Below, in pieces: positions 47,285 through 59,000 of a stretch of DNA of 64,000 nucleotides. A program made the translations under genes and the position numbers. Positions within the stretch are counted from its first letter, which is position 1. Each line of letters opens with the position of its first letter. The notes under the pieces are model-generated. The model was not told the origin of the DNA and searched no databases. It saw nothing but the letters and a program-made list of their open reading frames with translations. Origin of the DNA: an uncultured Clostridia bacterium (GTDB lineage: Bacteria > Bacillota > Clostridia > Christensenellales > UBA1242); NCBI GenBank assembly GCA_944372365.1, contig CALVYP010000001.1, positions 5,427 through 69,426 on the forward strand, in the 5' to 3' direction.

Positions 47285-47855
47285 ATCTGTCAATTTTTGG
47301 TGGCTGTGATTCCATCACAAGTTGTGCGGCGCTCTTCTTGCTGGATTGAAGCTTATCTTTTGCTTCACGCAACCTTTTATAGCTTAAATCAGCCTCTCTT
47401 TCTGCCATGGCAAGATCATCTTGATATTGCTGGCTGTTTGGATAGCTGTCGCAATAATCTTCCTGCCTGCTTTTACACGCCATGCAGCCTCTGTAATCTT
47501 CTTCCTTGGCCTTTATTTCTTCTTCCAGCGCAAAGATTGATTTAGCATATTCGTCCATAAATTTTTGGTCTTTCACACCAACCACTGCTGCAAGAAAGTT
47601 TATGCTTGCCGCGTCTCTAGCCCGAATAGATTTTAAACAAGATTTGTCGTCGGCATAAAACTTTTGAATGTTTCTTTTAATTTTTAATTTCAAAGCTTGA
47701 AAATCATCTTTCACAAGCTGCCCAAAAAATTCTTTTAATGCGCTTTCGCATCCCGGTGCATCATCAAGCCAAGTTTTTGGCTCTGTCACTTCTTCCATTC
47801 TTAATAATTCTTCCACCCATTCCTTTGGTATAGAATATGCTTCGTCAATGTTCAT
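47283..47855 (-). CDS. Hypothetical protein (190 aa)
   Basis: Intact ORF with SD AGGGGGAG. Acidic and helical, with a Cys cluster (CMACKSRQEDYC). No family recognised. Confidence 0.6.
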   Translation of the reverse strand: MNIDEAYSIPKEWVEELLRMEEVTEPKTWLDDAPGCESALKEFFGQLVKDDFQALKLKIKRNIQKFYADDKSCLKSIRARDAASINFLAAVVGVKDQKFMDEYAKSIFALEEEIKAKEEDYRGCMACKSRQEDYCDSYPNSQQYQDDLAMAEREADLSYKRLREAKDKLQSSKKSAAQLVMESQPPKIDR

Positions 47856-47978
47856 CTCTCTCCCCCTATGTTTTAATTTTACACCAAAAATAAGTTTGAG
47901 TCAACAGCTAACTTTTATTTTGTCTAAAAATGTCGATAATATGTTGCAAAAAAATTGAGTTTTTACAAACAATAAACT

Positions 47979-48341
47979 ATGCTTGATTTAAAATCAAATT
48001 TAGTTTTAAAAATTTTGCAAAAAGAATGTCGCAATGGTGGATATAAAATCATCGATAAGTCTGACATAATTTCTGCCATGCCTGCAAAGCAACGCGTGGA
48101 TGAAGACGGCTTGGAAAACATAATCACCATTTTAGAAAATAATGAGTGCGTGCATGTGAAATATGATGACGAGCAGGTTTATTGTTTGTGCGTTTTGCCT
48201 GCCAGTGAAAAAATAAACGCAAAGTATGAAAAACAAAAAAAACAAAAACCAACTTTTTGGGTTTTTGCGATTATCTGTTTGTTTTTTTCACTGATTGGTG
48301 GGTTGGTTGGCGCAATTATTGCCAAATTTATAAATTTTTAA
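47979..48341 (+). CDS. Small membrane-anchored winged-helix-like protein (paralogous architecture)
   Basis: 120 aa. Soluble N-terminal domain, basic linker KYEKQKKQK, C-terminal TM helix FWVFAIICLFFSLIGGLVGAIIA. Confidence 0.6.
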   Translation: MLDLKSNLVLKILQKECRNGGYKIIDKSDIISAMPAKQRVDEDGLENIITILENNECVHVKYDDEQVYCLCVLPASEKINAKYEKQKKQKPTFWVFAIICLFFSLIGGLVGAIIAKFINF

Positions 48342-49051
48342 CAGTTTTCAAAAGTTCTATAAAATTCGTTGTTTTTCATTCCAAACACTCCGTCGATTCC
48401 TACAATAATGTGATCAAGCAGCGGAATGCCCAAAGGTTTAAGCATGTCAAGCACAAGGTTTGTTCCATCGACATCGGCTTTTGAAGGCTGCGCCTTACCT
48501 TGTGGATGATTGTGAGCAAGCATAACTATCGCAGGTTTGGCATTGGTGATGAAGTTTAATATTGCATGCATATCAATTCCCACACTTTTAACGCCGCCAA
48601 CCGAAAGTTTAGCTTTGCCTTTGATTCTGCTTGAAGCATCCAAGCCAACGATGTAGGAAGTTTCAACGTTTCTAAATCGCAGCAGCTCTTCAAAGAAATC
48701 GGCAATATCCGTGCGGTAGATGAACTCATATTTTTTATCAAGCGAGCTTGTTGTGTAATAATCAAAAATGTCAACCAGCGCGTGCAGCTTTTTTGCAGAT
48801 GTTTCGCCCATGCCTTTGATGTCTTTTGTCAAGTGCCAGTCGGCATTTAAAACATCGGCGGGAGAGCCAAATTGATCAAGCAGCCTATGCGCGATTTTGT
48901 TTGTGTCGCAACGCGGGAAAACATAGGTTAAAATAAATTCCATGGCAACAATATCACTCATATTTTCGATGCCAGCCTTACAAATTTGATTAAGCAATCT
49001 TTGCCTATGCCCTGCGTGAATGTTTGCTTCATCGTCATTGATTTTTGCCAT
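48338..49051 (-). CDS. radC: RadC-like JAB domain protein
   Basis: 237 aa. JAMM-like motif VMLAHNHPQGKAQPSKADV and an N-terminal HhH-like region. Confidence 0.85.
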   Translation of the reverse strand: MAKINDDEANIHAGHRQRLLNQICKAGIENMSDIVAMEFILTYVFPRCDTNKIAHRLLDQFGSPADVLNADWHLTKDIKGMGETSAKKLHALVDIFDYYTTSSLDKKYEFIYRTDIADFFEELLRFRNVETSYIVGLDASSRIKGKAKLSVGGVKSVGIDMHAILNFITNAKPAIVMLAHNHPQGKAQPSKADVDGTNLVLDMLKPLGIPLLDHIIVGIDGVFGMKNNEFYRTFENC

Positions 49052-49076
49052 AAACTCTCCCCTAAAACGACACTAA

Positions 49077-49105
49077 ATTGTAACAAATTTCAAACTTTTT
49101 CGCAA
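49077..49105 (-). promoter_or_regulatory. Sigma-A promoter of radC
   Basis: The minus strand reads TTGCGA (rc of 49100-49105)-N17-TACAAT (rc of 49077-49082) with an extended -10 TG. Leadered, with SD AGGGGAG. Confidence 0.55.
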
Positions 49106-49151
49106 ACAAAATAGGCGAAATTTTAAAATTTGCAGAAATTTATTTTTTCAA

Positions 49152-49483
49152 AGCGCTATCTCCGCGCAAAATTCAGTTTCTGCGAATATTTACAACTATG
49201 GCATAGTCAAAGCCGGCGATGGTGGCAACGGCCGCCGCGGCGAAGACGGCTGGGGAGGAAGAGATGCTGACAATGGTTATATACCTTCACAAGAAGAGGC
49301 TGCTCAAAATGGCAATGGTAACAACAATCGAACTAGACCAGGATCTTATGAACAAGGCAGCGCTGGAGGACAAGCAGGTGCAGCAGGGATAGCCTATCTA
49401 TATGGCACGCCTAGTGACGGCACTTCCACAACAAGCAACGCAGTGGTGCTTTCAGCTTCCGCTTCCGACGGGACAAAAAATTC
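49152..49483. repeat. Inverted repeat, left arm
   Basis: Reverse complement of 50553-50878 (49176 pairs with 50854). Perfect identity over 49174-49241 and 49263-49417. By eye, about 10 mismatches plus one 6-bp indel (extra GCTTCC near 49461) across ~310 bp. Confidence 0.9.
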
Positions 49484-50003
49484 AGACAGAGTGTTTGATG
49501 CTAACAATGGGAAAGCAGGACCTAAAGGAAATGATGGCTGGGGAGGAGTAAACTTAACCAGATATCATGGGTCAATGACTAATACCGCAAGTATAGCCGA
49601 ATGGTTAACATTCTGGGATGTAAAACCGAATGGGAATAACGACGATAATGATAATAATTCAATATTCATTTTCTCAAGATTTACTTTCACTAATTCAGAT
49701 GCATATCCAAATACAGATATAAATAATAACTTCACTAGTGACGGTAGTTTCTTTGAAAATGGTTGGGATGTGACCAGTACTGCTGGAATTGTTGATGATT
49801 ATATCTTAGAGCGAATAACACCTGAAGGTTATGTTCAGAAAGGTCTAATTACATGGCTTAAATTGTTTATCTCTGTAGAGAATGATGTAAAAAGTGACTC
49901 AACTAAAGTAAGAAGTAATTCTGAACAATACTTCTATGTAACAGAAGGAATAACAAGTGCTATTTGCTATGATTATTCTGCTTTTAACTCAAATACAGAT
50001 TAA
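49152..50003 (+). other. Silent, start-less alternative C-terminal cassette of the giant surface protein gene, in inverted orientation
   Basis: The frame is open from 49077 to TAA 50001-50003 with no ATG, SD or obvious + strand promoter at the 5' end. The first ~110 codons are near-identical to aa ~4350-4458 of the giant ORF. The last ~173 codons are a divergent tail. The track's 49443-50003 ORF (GTG start) is the 3' part of this cassette. Confidence 0.8.
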
Positions 50004-50030
50004 AAAAAACGGCTAAATTTAGCCGTTTTT
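50004..50030. terminator. Bidirectional terminator shared by the expressed and silent C-terminal tails
   Basis: AAAAAACGGCTAAATTTAGCCGTTTTTT: a perfect palindrome flanked by an A-run and a T-run, lying between the two converging stop codons (50001-50003 and 50030-50032). Confidence 0.8.
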
Positions 50031-53000
50031 TATTGTATTGAGCCATATTTATATTGATTATCTTCCATATAATAACCATAACAAGCAGAATCTAAAGGCT
50101 CATTAGTGACATAAAATACTTTTGTTATTCTTTTTATGCTAAGATAATGATTTCCATGCGGACCTCTTCTATATTGAAAAGTAGTCCATGTAATATTCCC
50201 TAATGTTAGTGGCATATTGTTTATCGGATTTATTGTATCGGGATTGCTTCCTCGCCATGGGTCTACACGAGACCAAAAAGACTCTTTAGCATCTGCTGGA
50301 TTTTGTTGAGCATAACCTCCATCATTATCATAATGGTCAAAATAAATATCTCCATAAATAGTAGCTATTCCACTTGATCCATTTAAACCGGCATTTGTAT
50401 AAATAAGATTCCAATTAGATATCATATCCTGTACACTCTTGCCTTCGCCACCCCAAGTTCTGTGATCACCAAATTTAGATAAGTTTAATCCACCCCAACT
50501 ATTGTTGCCTTGTCCACCGGCTATTCCAGGATTAGAATCAAGTTTTATATCGGAATTTTTTGTCCCATCGGAAGCTGAAAGCTCCACTGCATTGTTTGTT
50601 GTGGAAGTGCCATCACTAGGCGTGCCATATAGATAGGCTATCCCTGCTGCACCTGCTTGTCCTCCAGCGCTGCCTTGTTCATAAGATCCTGGTCTAGTTC
50701 GATTGTTGTTACCATTGCCATTTTGAGCAGCCTCTTCTTGTGAAGGTATATAACCATTGTCAGCATCACTTCCTCCACTGCCGTCTGTGCCGCGGCGGCC
50801 GTTGCCACCATCGCCGGCTTTGACTATGCCATAGTTGTAAATATTCGCAGAAACTGTATTTGACGCAGAGATATCACCTGAAATATCTGACAGCGTGATT
50901 GCATGAACATCTTGCCCTTTGCCACCATCATCGCCAGCGTCAGCTCCATCACTGCCGCGCACGCCTATGATTGTGCCATAGTTTGAAATGTCGCCTGCAA
51001 GCGACGACGCCTCTAAACTATATGCGATGCCAGCCATGTCTGCAGAATAGTTTACATTTGAGAACGAAGTATAACTACTTACATTTGTTAAGGTTGAGGC
51101 TGAGTCTATAGCGTGTGCAACACCACCAGCGTTTATAGCCTTTGTAGTTTTTGCAGTTGAAATTGTGCCATAGGTTTTAACATTGTTCAAATTTTTGCTT
51201 ATTGCAACGCTTAAAAGCCCATTGTATGGGAGCTCTTCTGTTGATGCTGTTGTTGCCTCGCCGGTTGAAGGCGGGTCAGCCTTGACAACAGAACCTGCAA
51301 CGTTCAAATCCTTAATCACATTGTTTGTTTCACTGAACAATGCGTCGGATGTTGAATAGAAGTTGACAAAGTAGCCATCGCCAACCAACAAGCCAGTGTT
51401 GCTTGTCGTTGCTATTTGCAGTGTTAGTGTTGTGTCAATGCTGCCAAGATCAATATCCCCGCGTAAAACCACGCCTTTATAATCTGTTCCACCAGTAGAA
51501 AGATCTGATGCTGTATATGAATCATCACTATATTCTTTATACCCTGTAGTGACTGTAAATGTTTTTGCACTAACAGATTTGTCATGGAACGCGTTAAATG
51601 TTACCTCGTTTTCAGATATAGTATAGTCGTCGGCTGTTGCGTTTATGCTACCCAGCGTCACGGTAGGGCCCGAAGCTATATAGCCGGTTGCAGGCACTGT
51701 GATTATAGGAGCGTTGTTGTAAACTCGAAAAATCTCTTGCGCTTCAGAATTTTGACACTTATACTCAAAGTCAATGTATTGATAACTTTCAATCACCACA
51801 GCTGTAGGGGTGTCTCCAGTTGTTTTTACCGTGGCTGTTAATGTGTAAGTGGTTTCATCTCCCGATGTTGTTGAGCTTTCATCTCCCGATGTTGTTGAGC
51901 TTTCATCTCCCGATGTTGTTGAGCTTTCATCTTCTGATGTTGTCGAGCTTTCATCTTCTGATGTTGTCGAGCTTTCATCTTCTGATGTTGTCGAGGTTTC
52001 AGCTTCTGATGTTGTCGAGGTTTCAGCAACTGTCACGGTTACCCCCGTCACCTCTTCGCTTCTGGTTGTAATGTTATAAGTAGTGCCGTCAATGGTGATT
52101 TGATTGTTATTAGTTGTTAAGTTATATTCTGCACCATCTTTGTAAACCTGAATTTCGCCGCTGCTGTCAAAAAGATATAGCAATATTGATGAACCGATTT
52201 TCAGTGCGCCTTGGCTGCCAGAATATTGCTTGCTTAAAGTCAGCGTTCCAGTTGTGCTGTCATAAGCAACAGAGTATTCCTGCCCGCCGATAAGCAGCAT
52301 GTAATTATCGGACACAATTGCCGTTCCGCTTGATGGAGTTAATGTTACAACATCTTCGCCATCGCTTGATGCGGCTACTGAAACTGTGTAAGTTGTGCCG
52401 TTTACTGTAATTTGTTTATTAGCATCAGAAGTTTCCGTTGCATCTTCTTCAATCAAAACAAGCTTGCCTTCATACAATTTGCCTGTCGGCGTTTGACCCG
52501 GCGCAAAATTGCTTTCTTCAACTGTATATGAAACTGAAGTTGCAGAATCTCTCACATACACATCGATCTTATCATCAGTATCATTTGCGAGATCATTTAT
52601 CTCAATTGATACTGTTTTGCTGCTGCTGCTTGTTTGATAATAATTGCCATTTATCACAAATGTATGAAGATCATTGTCTTGCGAAGTAATCGTCGCTGAA
52701 GTTAGTTCATAGGTTGCGGTGCCTGTGTAGTAATAGACTGTTTCATACAGGTATGCTTCATAACCCAAATTCCATTCATCTTCGTCTTCTATGCTTGTTG
52801 CGTCAGCAATTTCACATTCAAGATCTTTCTCTTCCGCGACTGCTTTTTTCGTATAAGTTAATTTTAAAGTAGAACCATCATCGAGAGGAACGCTTTCTGT
52901 ATAAGTTTGCTGATAGTTATATTCAAAAGTCGAATCTTCTGGCCTTGATGAACCGTCTTCATAATTAAACCTTAAAAGCATCGCTGGTATGCCTATTTCA

Positions 53001-56000
53001 ATCCACGTATCAATTTCTATAGGATTATTATCTTCTACTGTGCCTAAATCAACTAAGCGCAAAAGATACGCTGAAAACGATATTTCAGTATAATTATTGA
53101 CATAAGAACTTCCTGTAAGATGTAACTGAGCAACATAAGGGCCAAGATGTCGAACTAGGGGACATACATTGGATTCACTTTTTCCATATAGCCCAAGCTG
53201 CTGCTCTTGTCCTGCTTGAAAACTATTTAAATCTATTGTCTGAAGATAACTACGTATATCATATCCCGCAAAAGGAGCCTGACGATCTAACGGTTGAACA
53301 GAATCCACGTGCCCCCAAACGCGGACAGTATAATTTGCCACAACACTCCACCGATCACTACCAGCGATTATTTCATCATAATTTAGAGTTGGGTCACTTG
53401 CCAATGTAATCTTATTGCTCTCGGTTGGTGTTCCAACTGATAATAGGTTTGGAGCTGCGAAACCCGAGAAAGGCCTTAGCCTTAAGCCTGTGGTTATATA
53501 TGCAAGGTCGGTTGACTCTTGTTTTGTGCCTGTGAAGTCTTTTTCTGCAACATAAGTATAACTATTTCCTAGATAAGAAGTAACGCTCCCCCCTGCATAT
53601 CCTGGAGCGGATGATGAGAAGTGGCTGCCTGCGTTGACATCGATGGTTAATGCCTTGCCATTGAGAGCATTTATAACTTGCTGGGCTGTTTCACCAGCCT
53701 CTATTGTATGCACCAATCTTTGAGCCGCTACTGATGTAAAAGCATATTTTTCAAAAGTGAAGGTGACACCCGGTGTAACTGAAAAGCCTTCCAAATAAAT
53801 TGCAACTATGGCTCCATTTTGCTCTGCAATCAAATTGCTTGAGTTTACTGTGATTGTTTGCTCATCAGTTGCTCTGTTTGCTTTGATTGTATAATTAAAG
53901 CTTGATATGGTTCTTGGATATGTGAAAGTAAGTTTAAGGTTGCTTCCTTGAATAGACGCCGTGCCAGTAACATTTTCTGTTGTGCTTTCAACGCTAAATG
54001 TATAGCCTGCGCTGATAAGCTTTGAAATTTCTACTGAGTTGTTAGAAGCGTCTTTTAATTTGGTGTTGTCGCCATCAACTGGTATGCTTGTAATAAGCGA
54101 AGACGCGTTGACAGTGCTTTTGAAACCAGCAGCATCTTTTACAAAAGCATAGTTTGCTCCTGCGATTGTCACCGTTGTTAAACCATCACTATCAGTAATT
54201 TCAGTCTTACTTATTGAATCTGCTGTTGTTGAGCCCGTTGTCAGTGCCTCGCTTTCATATGTGCTCTCGATTGTTTTCAGATCGGTGTAAATGTCTTGAT
54301 ATCTTGTGACGCTGCTATTCTCACCATACACCATCTTTCTGTTTATTTTTACATAAAACGTTTTTGGCCCGCCAAGAGCATCACGTTCAGCAACAACTAC
54401 TGTAGCATCGTCCTTGTCTTCGTCGTCTTTTGCAACACTGATTGTAATACCATTTACTTCTCCCCATTTCACTCCGCTTGGAAGAGAGCTTCCAGTAACT
54501 TCCATTGTTACTAAACCAAAGTTTCCGTTTTGATAAGCGCTGCCTGATTTGTTCCCTACATTAGAAATTGTTTTGTCACTATTTATCGATATTGTGCTGG
54601 CATAAACGTTTCTGCTATCATCATTCCCAAATCCAAAGGAGCCACTGAAAGTTACATCGCCGTTGTCGTCAGCAACTGTTGGAGCTGGCGTTGTAATTGT
54701 GCCGCTATAATTTTGACCAAGAGCTTCAATATAGCCCTCATTAGAACAATCTGAGGCCGCTCCATTAGCAACAATACCGGCTGCGTAAGAGGCTGAGGTG
54801 TTTGATTTGTGCCCCGCCTTAACCATTGAAGTGTTGTAGCAATCTTCAACTTCTGTTGCCGTGCCTGCAATTCCGCCGGCATAATATGAGCCATTAGTTG
54901 TTACGGTATAACCGTTGAATACGGTGTTTTCGTTGCCAGACTCTGTAATCTTTTTTGCCTGTCCGGCAATTCCGCCAACATAGCCGCCTGCTGAGTTTAC
55001 AGTGATTGGTGAATAGTTATAGCAATTTGTTATCAAGTTGCCGCCTTCATTTGGCAAAGATCCAATAATGCCGCCAACGTAAAGACCATCACCATCTGCT
55101 GTGATTGCAACATAGTTTTTACAGTTTGAAATTTGAGCACCTGCAACGCCTTCTGCAAACAATCCGCCTATTTTTGAACCATCGTCTGCGCCTGTTGCTT
55201 TCAATGTTCCAGAAGCAATAACATTTTCTGCCTTTGTGTTAATTTCTCCTGCAACAACTGCGTTGCCAGTAGTAACTTCTGCATTGGTAACTCTTAAATT
55301 TTGAATTGTGCCAGCAGAACTAAACAAGGTTGCTTTAATAAGCCCGTTTATTGTGTGGCCATCGCCATCAAATGTTGCATTGTTTGAAACTGCAGTCCAC
55401 TCATCAGCAAAACTTGTTTTCGATAAATCAATATCGCGCACGAGTTTATAATTATTGTCATCCGCGCCATCCGCGCCATCCGCGCCTTCCTCGCCAATTT
55501 GCGCGAGTTTGGTTACATTTGGAATTAAGTAATATGTTGTGCCGCTCACTTCTTCAGTGGTTGAAACATTAAACGCTGCAAAATTGCGTGTTGGATAGCC
55601 ATAGTTAAATGCAATGTTTTGTTTCCAGCCGACATCAAATGTTACGTCTTCTGAATTTGAGTATGACAATGTGTATACTTTCTCACTTTCACTTAAAGTT
55701 GCAGTGCTGGTTGACTCAGCGCTTATGTTTTCCGCGCTTGCGCCAACATTCTCTTGAGTCTCTGTTGAATCGCCGTCATACCAGTTGCCGATAGTGCTGC
55801 AGTCTTCGTGTTTCGCTGCGCTGCCAAACACGCCAGTTGTGCCGCCGACAGTCTCTTGCGTGTAGTCTTTCAAGCTTACGCGGCTGATTGCATAGCTGTC
55901 GCGCACGGTTGCGCCAGTGCCGTTTGTGAACGCATAAAGATTGGCGGAGATGTAAGAATTAACTTCGCCTGTTGCATAAACCTTGTCAAAGAAGTTGTTT

Positions 56001-59000
56001 GTGCCAGTTGTCACTGCTATGCCTGCAGCTGTTGCAGAGCCAACGGTTGTGGCAGCCGTTGTGGCAGTGGTTTCTGGAGCTTTCGCTGCACGATAAACAA
56101 GCTTAACTGACGATGTGCTTTCTGCAATCAATCCGCCATTCATCCTGCCAACCAAGCCGCCGATGTCTTTTGTTGTGCTTCCGCCAACTGAAAGCGTGCC
56201 GGTTGACATGCTTGCATAAATTATGCCGCCGTTAAGCTCATGCACTAAGCCGCCAACAATGGTTGGGTCGTCAAAGTTCTCACTTGTATCTTTATAATCG
56301 TTATTAACCACAAGCCCAGCAACAAAACTATGCGCGCCAACAGTTGAAATTTCCTTAGTTTTCACTGCAAAGTCGCCGATGTAGGCAAAAGGCATGCTGT
56401 TTGTCTCGCCCGGTTGAGTTTGCGTTGCATCCGCTGATGCAGCCGGTGGATAAACGCCAGCATAGTATACTATGCCGTTGGTATTGTCGGCTGCAGTATT
56501 ACTTCCAGTTACTGGGTTAAGTTTAGAGCCAAACCCTTCTGATGATACATAGGCTTCTAAAAGATCTACCATAGAGTTGCTAGAACCGGTTTCACCATAA
56601 CCTTTATCCATGTTTCCCGTATAATAGCCTATATCATATGAAGACTCATCATCAGTAACCGCAAGAACAAGCTGTGAAGAATAATAGTTGTTTACTGTGT
56701 CGACTTCATCCGTATTTCCAACAAGTGCGCTGGTTTTATGCTCGGTTGAAGCCATGCGTGGGTTGTTGTTTGTGAAAGCGATGATGTTGCTCTCCAAATT
56801 CATTAAATTTGTTGTTGTGGTGGTTTCGCCGTTTGTGGTTGTAGTTGCTGCTGGCCCAGTGCCTATAATTCCGCCAAAGTAATAATTATCTAAAGCAGCA
56901 TCTTCATTATAAGTGTAAATTGCGTCGCCGTAATTTACTGTGCCCGTCACACTTATTTGCTGCACAACATCTTTTCCTGCTGCATTGCCAATCATGCCGC
57001 CGACCTTGTGCGTAACGGCGCTGTCAACATAAAATTTGAATGCCCCGCCAAACACAGCATATGAAATTGATTTTGCGCTGGTGTCTGTGGATTGATTCAA
57101 AGAGCCAATCATTCCACCTGCGTTAACCGCGCCTGCTGTTTGAATAAAGTAGTTTGATGACACATTGACAACGACGCTTGAATTGTCTTTTTCGCCAAGC
57201 ATTGTTGTGTCTGCCGAATTGTCATTGCCTATCACTCCGCCAATGTCGAGTGTGCCGTTTTCATCGGTTACTTCGATTACTTCAATGTTGTTGGATGTAA
57301 AGTTTAAAACTGTAAGCGCGCCTGTGTTGCTGCCAACCAAGTCGCCCGAACAAGCATTTTCGCCGCTGAAGGCTACAAAATGGTCGCCACCCATATTGAA
57401 TTTGTTGCCGCCTTCCACACTTGCATTTAAAGTTACATTTGCTGCGTTTATGCCAATAAACCCACCAAACTTTAAGTTGCCAGTTGTCGAAACTAAATTG
57501 TTTGAAAAATCTGTTGCAGTGAATTCCGTTTTGTCTAATGTTGGTTTATCGTCGTTGAACACATCAAGCGCCACTTCCACATCTTGAACGGTGATTGTTG
57601 CTTGGTTGCTGCCAATCAACCCGCCGATTGCTGGAGAGTTTAATGTTCCATCGGTTTTTATGTTGCCGCCAACGCTTAAGCCAGATTCAACGCAATTTTC
57701 GCCTGTTGCGATGTTAAACGCGCCCTGTGTTTCACCAAACAGCAAGCCGATTGTAGGATTTTCAATTGTGAAGTCTCCAACTTCAACATCGGTTGAAATT
57801 GTTGTTTTGTTGTTGGTTATGTTTTCAAAAGCAAAGTTTTGCAGGTTTACACTGCCAACAATGCCGCCGATTATTGCATTGTAGTTTACTTCATCCACCT
57901 GCTTTGTGGCAGGTGTGTTAGTGTTGTCACTTGCGGCCTCTATGTTTATAGCAACATTCAATTTCATGGTGTGTGAGATTTCATTGTCGGTGACATATGT
58001 AAATGTTGCATTCTGTGAACTAACCTCACCAAAGAATCCGCCAGCATACAACCTGCTGATTGAAGGTGACGTTTGCTGTTCTGTGCCCGCATTTGATGTT
58101 GCTTTTGTTTGCTCTGCTGTAGTTTTTGCCTGACCAGCGATGTTGATTGCAGAGACTAATGACTTGGTTTCATCAGCCGCGCCTTCTGGAAGTTGCGGCG
58201 TTTTAACTTCAATCACCATGCCAGCATAGTTTTCTACCACATCGCTTGAGGTGTCGTCTTCATCGCTTTCGTCTTCATCAGTTCCATTGCTTAATTCAAA
58301 GTTTTCTGCCAGTCTGCCGGCATACAACCCTGCATAAACTGGGCCTTCTGTGTCTTCTGAAATATTTGCTTGCATGATGCTGCAGTCAGCTGCCGTGTTT
58401 GAATGTTTGATTGTGATGTCTTGAATTCTCAGCGATTCAAAAATAGAATTTTGTGAGATCGCACCCGCCAACAATCCTACATATAAAGTGTCAGCGGTCG
58501 CAGTAAACTCAATAAAGTTTAAACCTGACTCAGACAAGCTGTAAGCGAAAATGATTTCTATATTTCTAAATGATGTGTTTACGCCACCCGGAACAAGCAA
58601 CCCGGCTTGATTGCCTTGTGCGTTTATTTTAATTTGTTGGCGCAGATAAACTTTAACGCCTTCAATTTTAGCGTCAGTTACAACCGAGTTGGAAATTATG
58701 CCGCCGGTGAATGGATCAAGCTCGCCATCATCTTCCGCTTTCTCCACAACAATGTTAAGATTTTCAATTCTAAGCCCCGAGCCTGTTACGCCTAAAATTG
58801 ACCTGTCTATAATCAACCCTGGATAGCCCGAGCCTGCTGCTTCAGCTGTTTCGCCATAGTAGAGACCCGACACAATTGATGGAGGCTCGCCCCAATCGGC
58901 AGTTGTTGAATAGCCTACAATCGTGCCAGAGAAGCCTTCAACAGGAAGCAGATCCGAATACTCGCGCAAATCAATCATGCCATATTGGCCTTCAACATTG

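Noticed and set aside
49230-49241. GC-rich palindrome GGCCGCCGCGGC inside the inverted repeat as a site-specific recombinase crossover site
   Set aside because: It simply encodes GRRG within the conserved coding repeat. I recognise no similarity to hix/gix-type sites, so this is pure speculation without a recombinase.
49443-50003. 186-aa ORF with a GTG start, listed as a separate gene
   Set aside because: The frame is open much further upstream (from 49077), and its upstream part is near-identical to the giant gene. It is the 3' part of the silent cassette, not an independent gene.
49152-50878. Diversity-generating retroelement (TR/VR pair) or polymorphic-toxin orphan CT module as the explanation for the duplicated segment
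   Set aside because: No reverse transcriptase is nearby, and the ~10 mismatches are not adenine-specific. Orphan toxin modules are usually in direct orientation and followed by an immunity gene; here the copies are inverted and only a terminator separates the two tails. A toxin or receptor-binding function for the tails is still not excluded.
51853-52028. CRISPR-like regular repeats
   Set aside because: The 24-bp units are contiguous with no spacers, in frame, and inside a coding sequence. This is a protein tandem repeat.
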